Source of the DNA: Haliotis rubra
Lineage: Eukaryota
NCBI RefSeq assembly: GCF_003918875.1
Contig: NW_025765592.1
Span: 372,001 to 436,000, forward strand
DNA: 64,000 nucleotides
Direction: 5' to 3'
The notes under the pieces are model-generated. The model was not told the origin of the DNA. It saw only the letters and a program-made list of their open reading frames with translations, and ran no database searches. This document shows, one piece after another, positions 10,741 to 24,173 of this stretch. The position numbers and the translations under genes were made by a program. Each line of letters starts with the position of its first letter. Positions within the stretch are counted from its first letter, which is position 1.

Positions 10741-11860
10741 CAGCGGGTGGCCATATTATAACGTACAAACACGGCGGACCGATTGTTTACACGGGAATTC
10801 AAAGTGTCATAACTCGTCAAATATAAACAGTCTTACCTCAATATTTTGTGATGTGTCCCTTGTTCCTTATTATTTTCAACATCCACCTTGGAATCGATGA
10901 ATATACATTTCTGATGAAATCGAGGGCAATATTTTCCAAGTTGCCCCGCACTTCGTGTTCCAAGTAGGCAGCCGACTGAATGTTTCTTCGGCGTCCCTGA
11001 AGTCTATTCTTCAGGTAGAGCCAACAGTTCTCAATAATATTTGCGTCTAGACTCTGTGCAGGCCGCAACATTCCATTAATGTAATTTTGTCGCTTGTAAT
11101 CCTGAACGACATGGGCCCGATGTACAGGGGCGTTTTCATATTGGAAGATGTACCGGTTTCCCGGCAAATGTCTGGCTATAACGGGCCAAAACATATCATC
11201 GAGGATTTCTGTGTATTTCTGAGCATTTATGTTGCCATTAACAACACAAAAAGGTACCAACACCATGCCAGGTGATACAACCCCACACCATCAATCTGAC
11301 GCGTGGCTGTCGTCCCGGACAAAGACATTGCGGGAGGAATTCTTCATCGGGCTGTCTCCAAACAAAAACGCGATTGTTTTCCCCAATGATAATTTTACAC
11401 TCGTCAGGGAAGATCACTCGATTCCAGTAATGATTCACTGTATGATATCGTTGCCCCCCTTGCCTAGGCCAAACGGTTTCTGACATTATAGTCACGAATT
11501 CGGATTTTCTTTCTAACAACACGTCTATGAAATATATTTTCATATAATCGTCTCCTTACAGTCCTCACCGATACACGTGGTAGCCCTATTGTTGTTCAAA
11601 TTCTCAGTTATTCACCCAAAGGTGAAATCCTATTGTGTCTGACCAACCTCAAAAGTTGTCGATTGTCCCGAAGAGTCAGTTCCCTCATACGGCCTGTTCT
11701 GAGAGCATTTTCGTCGATTAAACCGCTTTACCACCGAATATACGCTGCTTCGGGGCATTCCAAAGAATTTTGCAATGTTAGAACATTTTCAATTACTTTT
11801 TTACAATTAATTTCTTAAGTGACTCCGACAAATTAGCCGATTTCCCCATTGTTACCGGAA
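10741..11860 (-). mobile_element. Degenerate Tc1-like transposon
   Basis: Frameshifted ORFs with WNRVIFPDE, LMVWGCI, FQYENAPVHRA, PAQSLDANIIENCW and KGHITKY. Confidence 0.85.
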
Positions 11861-12399
11861 ATAGCCAGAATATGTAGCAGACAACAAGTGGATTAAAAAT
11901 AGAACCACGTGACAGACACGTGACATCATGGTCGATCATATGACAAGATATTACTGTATGTCATTATCATTATTGAAGCCTCTTTAAACTGTACTGAGGA
12001 AGCAAAGTCACAGACATAGAATGCCACTCTGCATGGATGTTGTGACATCTTTTACACTGCTAAGTCATCCGTGTCTACAGGCACTACCTCTACCACTCCC
12101 AAACATACCTCCCAAGGACGCCATGGAATTAATAGTCCGACTGTATTTTATTATTCCTCACGGCTCCACGTCAGGACGTCAATTTGTACCCGTGCCTACG
12201 TTATATACTCAGAAAAGTCAACATGTCAATCAACTGCTCTGAAAGTCACTTGGTACAATAGTTAACAACTCTGGTAAGTCAAAGGACATCACCTTTACCA
12301 CACCCCATATCCTATCAATATATCAATAATCTAACTATAGTTGGTTATTCCTCACAGTTTCATGTCAGGAAGTCCGATAGTGCCTACAGCATGCACTCA

Positions 12400-13560
12400 G
12401 GGAAGTCAAGTGTCTGCTCGGACAAGTCACTTGGTACCTGTGTTATCCAGCAAGTCAACTACCGTAGACATTATATACTCAGAGACGTCAACTGGTATGT
12501 AAACTATCTGCTCGGACAAGTCACTTGGTACATGTGTTATCCAGCAAAGTCAACTACCGTGTAAACATTCGGACAATATACTCAGAGTCAACTACCGTAG
12601 ACAACTGGTATGTAAACTATCTGCTCGGACAAGTCACTTGGTACATGTGTTATCCAGCAAGTCAACTACCGTAGACATTATATACTCAGAGAAGTCAACT
12701 GGTGTGTAAACTATCTGCTCGGACAAGTCACTTGGTACTTGTGTTATCCAGCAAGTCAACTACCGTAGACATTATATACTCAGAGAAGTCAACTGGTATG
12801 TAAACTATCTGCTCGGACAAGTCACTTGGTACTTGTGTTATCCAGCAAGTCAACTACCGTAGACATTATATACTCAGAGAAGTCAACTGGTATGTAAACT
12901 ATCTGCTCGGACAAGTCACTTGGTACATGTGTTATCCAGCAAGTCAACTACCGTAGACATTATATACTCAGAGAAGTCAACTGGTATGTAAACTATCTGC
13001 TCGGACAAGTCACTTGGTACTTGTGTTATCCAGCAAGTCAACTACCGTAGACATTATATACTCAGAGAAGTCAACTGGTATGTAAACTATCTGCTCGGAC
13101 AAGTCACTTGGTACTTGTGTTATCCAGCAAGTCAACTACCGTAGACATTATATACTCAGAGAAGTCAACTGGTATGTAAACTATCTGCTCACTTGGACAA
13201 GTCACTTGGTACGTTGTGTGTATCCAGCAAGTCAACTACCGTAGACATTATATACTCAGAGAAGTCAACTGGTATGTAAACTATCTGCTCGGACAAGTCA
13301 CTTGGTACTTGTGTTATCCAGCAAGTCAACTACCGTAGACATTATATACTCAGAGAAGTCAACTGGTATGTAAACTGTCTGCTCGGACAAGTCACTTGGT
13401 ACTTGTGTTATCCAGCAAGTCAACTACCGTAGACATTATATACTCAGAGAAGTCAACTGGTATGTAAACTATCTGCTCGGACAAGTCACTTGGTACTTGT
13501 GTTATCCAACAAGTCAACTTGGTACAGAAGTCAACTGGTATGTAAACTGTTGCTCGGACA
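12400..13560. repeat. 94-bp higher-order minisatellite (3 x ~31-bp subunits), ~12 units
   Basis: Period 94 (12691 to 12785); each unit has three aagtca(a/c)(c/t)t cores. Confidence 0.9.
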
Positions 13561-14019
13561 AGTCAAGTTATCAACAATTATATCCGTCAACTGGTAGACA
13601 TTATATATTTAGAGATATTATACATTTAACTGGCATAAACCATTTACTCAGACAAGTCAACAATGGTACATGCGGTACAGACACAGATTAATCGGGTGGT
13701 ACATGTTCACTGTGTTCGCCTTTTCTTCATGGATATATGAACTGGCATACCCAATACCTACGCTCACTGATCATCTGGTATATTTGTATCTAGTCAGACA
13801 GGTCAACTAGTATAAACGCTGTCTTAATGGACTAGTGAACAGCTACATACCTTACTGTGAAACCAACTACATCATACATTATTCACTGGCACAAATCAAT
13901 CGGTACATGTGTAATCTATTCTGGCAAGTCAACACATCGCCTCCAACAGTAGAGCCTGCTACTACAACATCCACAATATCAGCAAAGTCCGCCACTACCT
14001 CGATACTGACACCTGTAAA

Positions 14020-14570
14020 CTCCTAATGGACTGTCTTGTCACGTGTATACTCGACTACTGTAAGTCACGATATGCCAACCTCTCCACTAGATCACTCCAG
14101 AAACTAATAAAGAATCCGAAATTCTGCTGCCAGATGCATCACCCAAACTCCCCGTCATGACCATATCACACCAGTGCTACAGTCTCTACGCTGGCTCCCC
14201 ATCTCTGCAAGAATTACCTTCAAAATCCTCATTCTGACTCATGACTGCCTCTACAACGATAACTTTCCCGACTATCTCAAACATCTCGTCTCCGATCCTC
14301 CTCTGGCTCTCTCCTCACCCAACACAGATCTCCAAACCAACTGTCTGACCGAGTCTTCTCCTTTGCCAGCCCTGAACTGTGGAACTCTCTTCCAAAGAAA
14401 ATCAGGAACACTTCATTGAAAGAAACTTTAAATCTTTGCTTAAGACCCATCTGTTCACTGCTGCCTTTCTGTAAAGTTATATGAACTATTTCCTTCCCCA
14501 ATATTGTCACAGCGCCGCTGGGCATCACTACGATGGATATTAGGCGTTATATAAATACATTATTATTATT
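14020..14570 (+). mobile_element. L2/CR1-group LINE 3' end fragment
   Basis: RNSAARCITQTPRHDHITPVLQSLRWLPISARITFKIL, with an (att)n tail at ~14555-14570. Confidence 0.8.
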
Positions 14571-15249
14571 TGTCAATAACGGCATGAAAAAACATATGGT
14601 CAACATTCTTTATAGATATTGTGACGCCTTCTCTACTGAACAGCCACCAATCACAATCACGCATATATACCCATCAATAACGGCATGGAATAAACACAAG
14701 GTCCGCATTCTGTTCTTCCCTGTTGCATGTTAAGTCTATTCTAGCATATCAATGGATATGTAATGTCCACTGAATCGTATGCCAGTTGCGTAGATTGATG
14801 CTCATGCCGTTGATCACTGGATTGCCTGGTCCAGAAAGGTCCATTGGGTGGTAGTACTCTGTACTACCTTCAAGAACTCTAAATATAGCGCACGTCTATA
14901 TACAGTCAATGTCAGTCTAACCGCTGACTCTCTGCTCTGCAGTGCTATACACTTGGAACATTGTTACACAATGGACATCACTGCCACTCAACACCATGAA
15001 GCCAAAGCTTCAGGTCCTTTCTACAACTAGCATATGGACCGAAAGGAACTCCAAGTGATGTAATCCAAAATATGAACAACAATAGTTGGCCATAGCATAA
15101 TATTCAATACAAATAAGGTATGTTCAATAAACAGGTGTCACAGATATTGATAGTTTATATCATTAATAAGATCAGTAGCTTAAACAGTGTAAGATGTGGT
15201 CAAAGCGTCCTGCTGTCCATCAGGACATTTTGCATGAAAAGTCAAAATA

Positions 15250-15580
15250 ATTAATATTACGTGAATCAGCCTCTATTCTCAAGGCAATCCCTGATTCGAC
15301 GGTGTACTCATCACCAAACGTCCAGTGTTAACTTGGTTCAAGCCATCCAAATTCTTCCTGCATGGCAGCGCCATGTTCGTTAAGAATGGCCGTCGGTTGA
15401 TATCCAAGACATGCTCTGGATAGAGTGCTGATCATTGTAAGGTGGTTATGCTCTGCTCATTTCCTGGTCATTGAGGTACTCCGTAACAATACTAGCGATT
15501 TGCGCTCTTTGTTGTCATCCTGAAGCGTGACACTACTAGCGATTTGCGCTCTTTTGTTGTCATCCTGAAGCATAAACTTA
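15250..15580 (-). mobile_element. Tc1 transposase remnant homologous to 3470-4822, without the minisatellite
   Basis: FMLQDDN (locally duplicated) and IVTEYL; DNA aligns by eye with 3430-3710. Confidence 0.75.
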
Positions 15581-15596
15581 CGCTTTTTGTAATAAT

Positions 15597-15705
15597 ATAT
15601 GTCACGCAAACCAGGTGATCTTATCAGATAACACCCGTTTAGCAGCATGTCTGTGTGTACACCCTACAGCAGTGTTCAGAGTACAGCTGTAGAGTCAGGT
15701 ACAAG
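15597..15705 (+). promoter_or_regulatory. Putative promoter / non-coding exon 1 of copy C
   Basis: Homologous block ending gtagagtcaggtacaag|gtgagt. Confidence 0.6.
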
Positions 15706-16024
15706 GTGAGTGGGTGTTGAAATATTACATTCTGTTTTAACATTGACGTATACCATTGTCCGAATTATAGCTAATGACTGACAGTGATATTCCTCTTGGC
15801 CAAAGCAGTTTATCTTTGAGGATTGAGGCTCTATATAAATACAAACAAATAGGAAAGTCTGCCACCTACCTCTTCCACATGCGACTCTAGCTCAGACGTA
15901 CTACAGTCAAGATTACACCATTCAATGCCTCGGGGGCACATTGATTCATTGCCATAGCCATGTATCAGGGTTTGGATTTGGGTCATTACAATGTGAGAAA
16001 TACTGTAAATAACAGGCGCAAATA

Positions 16025-16188
16025 NNNNNNNNNNNNNNNNNNNNNNNNNNNNNNNNNNNNNNNNNNNNNNNNNNNNNNNNNNNNNNNNNNNNNNNNNNNN
16101 NNNNNNNNNNNNNNNNNNNNNNNNNNNNNNNNNNNNNNNNNNNNNNNNNNNNNNNNNNNNNNNNNNNNNNNNNNNNNNNNNNNNNNNN
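16025..16188. other. Assembly gap in intron 1 of copy C
   Basis: Run of N. Confidence 1.
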
Positions 16189-16778
16189 TCTTACTCAAAT
16201 GTTCTCTTCTCAGGTTTTTGACATTCGAGGCCCTTGATAGCTTTCAAAAAATGTAAAACGCATAAAAGAAATGTCCAGACTAGACACGTCAGTGACATTA
16301 ATGATGTCTATTTTTTGTCTTGATTCCAAGTTAACCCACAAATCTGTACGCGATGGAATTTATGGTGAGACCACCAAAAACAAAACAAAGATATATCAAT
16401 GTGTTATATATGTTAAGTTTGGAATTGTGTTGAACTAGGCTTCCAAATAAATACTGCAATGGATGTACACAATAGAGTGGCAGTACGATGGATATATATC
16501 ACGGCAGACATAGCAGTAAAGTCAGTGATAAATAACATTACCTCATCAGCAACAGTGGACAAGTTTACAAAATACACGCTTCCTGATTAGCCAGGGTCTA
16601 ACGATGATGTGCACAGAATGCGAGACACCATTACCCTTTGGACAATATTTTCGGAAACAGTTTGATGCAATAATAACATTGTTTCCCCGCCAGCACACAA
16701 ATATAACAACATTTTGACTTGTACTTATTATTATCACAAAAGAAAGTAAATGAACTTGTTTAGTTATATTCTTTCAGA

Positions 16779-19307
16779 ATGGCAGCAGCAATGAAAATTG
16801 CGCTTGTTACGCTAGTGGCGGTCTTGCATATTGCAAAACACAGAAAGTGTCAACTGAAGATGGCCCACTTCTTGGACAACGTCTGTCACTGTTGGGCAAG
16901 TCCCTTGACGTATTCTATGGAATCCCATATGCCAAGCCTCCTGTAGGTGATCTCCGCTTCAAGCACCCCCAACCTTCAGAGTCATGGGGACCGGATGTTA
17001 GAGATGCACAGAAACCAACGCCATCTTGCATTCAACCTGAAGATGTATTCACATCTCCAGAGGTTTACAGACAGGTCCCGGATGATACCAGTGAAGACTG
17101 CCTTCATCTTACAGTGTGGGCGCCATCAGACAATGCTGGCAATCTGGCAGTGATGGTCTGGATCTACGGGGGAGGTTTCTATTTTGGATCTTCACGAATG
17201 CCACTATATGAAGGAAAATATCTTGCAGCAGAGAATGACATCATCGTTGTTTCAATGAATTACAGACTGGGGCCATTAGGGTTCAGCTATCTGGGGCCAG
17301 ATACCATCCCTGGAAACATGGGCTTGATGGATCAACGACTTGCCTTACAGTGGGTGAAAGACAACATTGCCAACTTTGGTGGAGATCCATCTCGGGTGAC
17401 AATATTTGAGAAAGTGCTGGTGGTGTCAGCGTAGGACACCACCTGGTGTCACCATTGTCACGTGACTTATTTCAGAGAGCCATCATGCAGAGCGGATCCC
17501 CGAATTTCCCATGGGCTTACACTTTTCCACACACAGCAAAACGGAAATTGAAGCAGTTTGCTGATCTCCTTGGATGCCCGTCATCTTCAACTGATGCAGA
17601 GATCTATGACTGTGTAAAGAAAGCAGATGCTCAAACTATGGCAGACCTTCAGCTTAGTGATTTGTTAGATGAAGGACTTGCATTTGGTCCAGTTGTGGAT
17701 GGGCACTTCCTCCCCAATGACCCCAAACTCTTCTGACCACCGGTTCCAACAAGCAGGCTAGTGTAATGCATGGTTTTACTAAAGACGAGTTAACATTGTC
17801 TATAGCAGTTGCTTTGAAGCAGATGAGAAACATATCTTCATTACCGGAAACATTGATTTTAAGCCGCACAGAGTATGAAAGTTTTCTTTCCTATGATAGA
17901 ATAGGTGGTAAAGGATTTGAAGAGCCTCTTCGCCTGTTTTATGAAAGTCAAACATCCCTCTTAGGGACACTCACTATTTGGATGTCATGACTCGCATGAT
18001 GTCAGATAGGGATTTCAAGTGTCCTCATCTTGAGTTTGACAGATTGTACTCTCCTGCCAACCCTACCTACGTGTACAGTTTTAATCACCGACTATCAGTT
18101 AGTCCGTATCCAAAGTGGATAGGAGCAACCCATTGGTATGATGTTGAGTTTGTGTTTGGTTTGGTCCTGGAAAAGTATCTGGGATGTACAGAGGAGGAGA
18201 TGGAACTCAGCAGGACCATCATGACCTATTGGACCAACTTTGCCAAGTCAGGGTGAGTAATAGAGTGCAATTGAGAGTGTGAGTGAGTGGCGAGTGATAG
18301 TGTGAGTTGGACAGAGTAAGTGAAAAATCGAGTCATGGAATTACGCAGGTTAATAGTCTCGGAACAGATGAGCGAGTGAGTGAGAGATCCCTCACTCGGT
18401 CTTATATTATTGTTCTTTACATGTTCAAACAATTTCACCTCAGATAAAAATTGATTCCCATTTCCAAACAGATCGATTTGTATTGTTTTCTTGAAGCTTT
18501 CATATCTTTATACAGCAACCCTAACACTCCTGTCCCCGTCAAGGTGAACTGGCCAACCTCTGACAACACTGATCTCTCCTACATGGCTCTTGACGTGGGC
18601 AGCAACTTAGCAGCGGGACACGGGGTAGTCCACCACGAATGTGTCTTCATCAACAGGATTCTACCCATGATTTCTAAAGGTAATGTGTTGTTATGATGGG
18701 ATGTCGCTTGTTGCAATTACACATATTTGAATGTAGCTGTGTCTAAAACACTCAAAAACAGATCGATATGTCAAAGGAAGCATAGTTTTGTCTTTCCATT
18801 CCAAGTCAAGTCTCTCTTGGCTTCCATACGATTTTCCAAACACCAGTAAAATATGTGCCTCCTCCTTGGTCATGGTTTGACAATGACTTCTTAATGCGAA
18901 ATCATGGAAAATGCGTATTACCCCACATCAATAATGGCTGTGGTTTTAACCAAAGGCAATTACAGACACAAAGAATACCCAGCGTATCAGGTGCTATACA
19001 GTGACGTAATGTATATGGAAAACAACCATAGAACATGTGTAACGAGGAAGACTTCAACTATTGCCAATTGCGTTCAGGACTTCTCCCAGATTTAATTATT
19101 TGCTTGTCGTCATCGTATCCAGCTCCCTGATTTCATAAAGCTGTGAATGTCTGGAACCCACATCACGTTTTGTTTGCCAACCAGTTAAGAACACGCCCAC
19201 TCGTGTCTGTCTTGCTGTAGTGTTGCTGGAGCAGCCAGGGAAGTTATGAATCATATTGTTGTGTTTCAGACCCACCGGAAGGGCAGGACTACTGCACCAA
19301 AGGATGA
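16779..19307 (+). CDS. Cholinesterase-like copy C, the most divergent paralog (exons 16779-18252, 18516-18679, 19270-19307); frameshifted in this assembly
   Basis: YGGGF, [G]ESAGGVS, QSGSPNFPW, KDE, GATHWYD and tail DPPEGQDYCTKG*. Four -1 indels at ~16836, ~17407, ~17726 and ~17965, all in mononucleotide runs. Confidence 0.85.
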
Positions 19308-19554
19308 CAACATCTTAATAATCGGACCTGAGTATAAAATATAAATACACGATTAAAATTCAGGTTTAATGTTGTTTTGATGTTTATTAGTTATATGGCT
19401 TGCTGCCATGTAGATCTGTCAATGACGTCATTGAATAAATATTTGGCCTATGTTCTGTTGTTCAGTATTTAATCTATTTAAGCATGCTGTGTCCTGCAAG
19501 GCCAAGAACCTAACAAACACACACATCACGTTGCAATTCACAATATATACTGAA

Positions 19555-20272
19555 CAGGAACCCAAGGAACCCAAGGAACCCAAGATACCCAAGGAACCCA
19601 AGGAACCAAAGAAATCAAAGGAACCCAAGGAACCCAAGATACCCAAGGAACCCAAGAAATCAAAGGAACCCAAGGAACCCAAGATACCAAAGGAACCTAA
19701 GGAAAGGGAACCCAAGGAACCCAAGGTACAATAGGAACCCAAAGTACCCAAGGAACCCAAGATACCCAAGGAACCCAAGGAACCAAGGAACCAAGGAGAT
19801 AACCAAGGAACCCAAGGTACCCAAGGAACCCAAGATACCCAAGAGGCCAAGGAACCCAAGGAACCCCAAAGGAACCCAAAGGAACCCAAGATACCCAAGG
19901 AACCCAAGGAACCCAAAGGAACCTAAGGAACCCAAGATAACCAAGGAACCCAAGGTACAATAGGAACCCAAAGTACCCAAGGTACCCAAGGAACCCAAGG
20001 AACCCAAGGAACCCAAGGAACCCAAGATAACCAAGGAACCCAAGGTACAATAGGAACCCAAGATAACCAAGGAACCCAAGGTACAATAGGAACTCAAAGT
20101 ACCCAAGGAACCCAAGGAACCCAAGGAACCCAAGATAACCAAGGAACCCAAGGTACCCAAGGAACCCAAGATAACCAAGGAACCCAAGGTACAATAGGAA
20201 CCCAAAGTACCCAAGGAACCCAAAGTACCCAAGGTACCCAAGGAACCCAAGGAACCCAAGGAACACAAGGAA
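19555..20272. repeat. 9-bp minisatellite (aaggaaccc and variants)
   Basis: Direct tandem repeat; it produces the KEP/LGS/GFL low-complexity ORFs. Confidence 0.95.
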
Positions 20273-20549
20273 CACATTGTGACGACTGCCAGCATGGTGA
20301 TGCCTACTACCATTCTTACCTCGTTCATAACCAGCTGCCAAAAGGAAGTTGAAGTCAAAGAACCAATAGACATCCACATGACGTGACAATGCACGATATT
20401 CTGAAAATCTGAGAAACACATTCAAAATAGAGATTTCCTCTATTGTCAGATTGTCAGTGATGCTTTCTAACATTCGTCCATCTTTCCTGGTGATCCCCTT
20501 AAGGGTTGGTGGACAGTCAACGTCAAGACGTGTATGATGTTACCTTTGA

Positions 20550-20906
20550 GGTGAGGTGAGGTGAACTTGTGTTTAACGTCGTACTTGAGCATATTTCGCT
20601 CATATGACGACGTGCATGCGTGTGTATGTGTATGTGCGGCTGCTTGTACTAGCCCAGACTGAAGCTGGTTTTATAGTGCTAGCCCACTGAGATACCATGC
20701 CGCAGTGAAGCATGAATACCCCACTCAGACACATTATACTGACTCCGAGCCGACCAGTCCTTGTTGTACCCATTAATGCCGAGCGCCAGGCAGGGACCAA
20801 CAAGTACCATATTTTAACGTCTTTTGGTATGACGCGATCGGGGATCGAACCCGCGACCTTCCGCTCTCCGGGCGGACGCTCTAATCACTACACCATGGAG
20901 GCGGTC
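20550..20906 (-). mobile_element. tRNA-derived SINE family 3
   Basis: Minus-strand A box tggtgtagtga, B box ggttcgatccc and (cacct)n tail. 14-bp TSD gat(g/a)ttacctttga at 20536-20549 and 20907-20920. Confidence 0.85.
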
Positions 20907-21204
20907 GATATTACCTTTGATGCAGATAAAGCACTTAATGGGAGATCTACACACTGACCTCTGGTGTCAACTTAGCAACAACTTCTCCTTTGAATGTTTG
21001 TAGTTTCATTTTTTAGCAACACAAAAAGGGGGGTGGGGGGTGGGTGGGGGTGGTAAAATGTCGTATTTCAATGCTTCAGGAATCTCCCTGGTTGTGAACA
21101 TCATAAAGTGAGTGTGAGGTTTGTAATAGAGGCTTTATTATACACCTGCAGCACTCTGGCCTTCCCTCCTGTGATGTAAATACACAAATACAAAACAATC
21201 AAAC

Positions 21205-21406
21205 CTCACTCACTCACCCCCCCACTATCCACCTGCTCACTCACTCACTCACTCATTGCCTCACCCACTCACTCACTGACCCACACATCCATCCACCGGC
21301 TCACTCACTCACTCACTCATTGCTTCACCCTCTCACTCCCTGACCCACACATCCATCCACCGGCTCACTCACTCACTCACTCACTCACTCAAACCCACTC
21401 ACTCAC
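21205..21406. repeat. (CACT)n-rich microsatellite region
   Basis: Direct observation. Confidence 0.85.
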
Positions 21407-21866
21407 TGTTAAGTGTGAAAGAGGCTGTTATGGAATGCCTGTATTGTGAACTGTATTGCGATATGCTGCGAGGTCAAGGTCAGAATGGTCAGTCAAATAT
21501 ATTTCTCTTTTGATTTGGATTAAGCTATACAAATGATAACAAAACCTCTGCTGGTTTCTCAATATAACCTGTACATACTGAAAACTTGTTTCAAAACCTC
21601 TTGTTTGAAAAGTGTATTTCAGTATACCACTGACTCAAACCCACTCACTCACTCACTCACTCACTCACTCAAACTCACTCACTCACTTACTCACTCACTC
21701 ATTCCATGGCCAAAGTCCCCCTGTGTCTACTTTACACATGTCGTAATCAGGCTGGCGGTCTCGCTGGATGACTTGCAGATTCTCCACCTGAAGCTTCGCC
21801 CAACAACCAAGTTCATATTAACACACCTGCCCCCGATTTAGGAGTCAGTGCAAAACTATAACTGTA

Positions 21867-21974
21867 CATGTCACGGAAATCAGGTCATCGTGTGAGATAT
21901 CACCGGTGAACAGCGCCTCAACGTGTACACACTTTTTGCACTATCCAGAGAACACTCATCAAGTCAGGTGCAAG
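21867..21974 (+). promoter_or_regulatory. Diverged exon-1 homolog upstream of copy D; main donor mutated (gtgagt>ataagt)
   Basis: catgtcac...caggtcat...gagatatcac.ggtg..cagcg...gtgtacac...agtcaggtgcaag aligns with the exon-1 block of the other copies. Confidence 0.55.
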
Positions 21975-22387
21975 ATAAGTGTGTCACGAAAATAACATTC
22001 TGTTGATCACGAAATACCACTGAAGCATACAATAGCCCGAAATATAGACAATGCTGTTTTGGTGGTGTGACTACAGACGACAAGAGTTTATCTTTGAGAG
22101 CAGAGGCTGCATTAGTCTGTCTCACAGTCCCTGAACCACATTATTTTCCCCAATGCTTAGCCCTCCCTGCAATGCTGAAGCCCTAAATGAAGCAAGTCAA
22201 GATTTCCTCAGGTTCAGCCTGAATCTCTGGTCTCCCTGGGGCTCCTTTTCAATTTAAATGGGTTTATTTGCTACTATCAAAGTTATATGTATTCAGGGAC
22301 TAAACGTTAGTCTAAGGCTGCATATGCTTTCATACAAATACGCCGTTCAATACCCTTCACTAACCGAGGGATCTGAATAAAAAATAA

Positions 22388-22420
<33 letters not shown>

Positions 22421-22489
22421 TAAATAAAATAAATCCAAATAGGATTGCCAGTCACCAACATTCATGCTGTTTACACACGTGTCTATAAT

Positions 22490-23340
22490 ACTACTGCAGT
22501 GTCCTCCCTGTGTGATAAAACAACGACATTTCAGTTGTACGTCCTCCCTGTGTGATAAAACAACGACATTCAGTTGTACAGGAAATACTACTGCAGTGTC
22601 CTCCCTATGTGATAAAACAACGACATTCAGTTGTACAGGAAATACTACTGCAGTGTCCTCCCTGTGTGATAAAACAACGACATTCAGTTGTACAGGAAAT
22701 ACTACTGCAGTGTCTTCCTGTGTGATAAAACAACGACATTCAGTTGTACAGGAAATAGTACTGCAGTGTCCTCCCTATGTGATAAAACAACGACATTCAG
22801 TTGTACAGAAATACTACTGCAGTGTCTTCCTGTGTGATAAAACAACGACATTCAGTTGTACAGGAAATACTACTGCAGTGTCCTCCTATGTGATAAAACA
22901 ACGACATTCAGTTGTACAGGAAATACTACCACTGCAGTGTCTTCCTGTGTGATAAAACAACGACATTCAGTTGTACAGGAAATAGTACTGCAGTGTCTTC
23001 CATGTGTGATAAAACAACGACATTCAGTTGTACAGGAAATACTACTGCAGTGTCCTCCCTGTGTGATAAACCAACGACATTCAGTTGTACAGGAAATACT
23101 ACTGCAGTGTCCTTCTGTGTGATGATAAACCAACGACATTCAGTTGTACAGGAAATACTAAATACTACTGCAGTGCCCTCCCTGTGTGATAAAACAACGA
23201 CATTCAGTTGTACAGGAAATAGTACTGCAGTGTCCTCCCTGTGTGATAAAACAACGACATTTCAGTTGTACAGGAAATAGTACTGCAGTGTCTTCCATGT
23301 GTGATAAAACAACGACATTCAGTTGTACAGGAAATACTAC
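22490..23340. repeat. 57-bp minisatellite, ~15 units
   Basis: Period 57 (22591 to 22648). Confidence 0.95.
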
Positions 23341-23527
23341 TAAAGCATAAGGTTGTCCGACATGAATAACGGATGACAGTGTTTCTACTCTGGACTATAA
23401 CAGCTGATCCGAATATGGTTGCATACAAATAGGCCAGTAAACAGCCAACTCTCGTTCAGAGAACTACATATTCCCGCGAATTTACTTCAATTGTCTGTGT
23501 TCGTTACCTGGCCGAACGTTCCTCTGA

Positions 23528-23765
23528 AATGGGTACCAGTAAGGACAAGATGGTCGGATGTACATTAGTGCATTCAGTAATGAATGGGTACCAGTAAGGA
23601 CAAGATGGTCGGATGTACATTAGTGCATTCAGTAATGAATGGGTACCAGTAAGGACAAGATGGTCGGATGTACATTAGTGCATTCAGTAATGAATAGGTA
23701 CCAGTAAGGACAAGATGGTCGGATGTACATTAGTGCAGTCAGTAATGAATGGATACCAGTAAGGA
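23528..23765. repeat. 55-bp tandem repeat, ~4.3 units
   Basis: Period 55 (23531, 23586, 23641). Confidence 0.95.
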
Positions 23766-24173
23766 GGGCGATGTGACTGTGAACGTTATCGCGCCTCACT
23801 GGCAGTATGAACTGCAGAGGAAGCCCAGGAATGGAAATAGAGGGCGCGTCCATTAACCGGGTTCTTAACTTGCCTTAGGGTTTAAATTTGGGTAATTTAA
23901 ATGTGAAAATTGTTGACGATAATACATGTGTATGCATTATTTGTAGCAAATATTTCAGGCGTAATGCCTGACAAACAAATCCAATGTATACAGTACATAT
24001 ATCTTAGCGTCAGCTATCATACTGCAAATTTAATGTTTTAGAGTCAACATTCAAACACTCATTGTAGCTTTCAAAAGAATTTTTAATACATGTGCAGGAA
24101 ATTTCCAAACTAGACGTATCAATGACAACATTTCGTCTTATTTTGTAGTCTCCATTTCACAGTTAAAACACCC

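Noticed and set aside
19428-20473. KEP-rich, collagen-like (GTQ)n or GFL ORFs, and a following GTHCDDCQHG peptide resembling a laminin-EGF piece
   Set aside because: By-products of a 9-bp repeat with stops and frame breaks. The Cys peptide is too short and ends in a stop.
22464-23280. Thr/Ser/Cys-rich mucin-like ORFs
   Set aside because: 57-bp intronic minisatellite with frequent frame-breaking indels.
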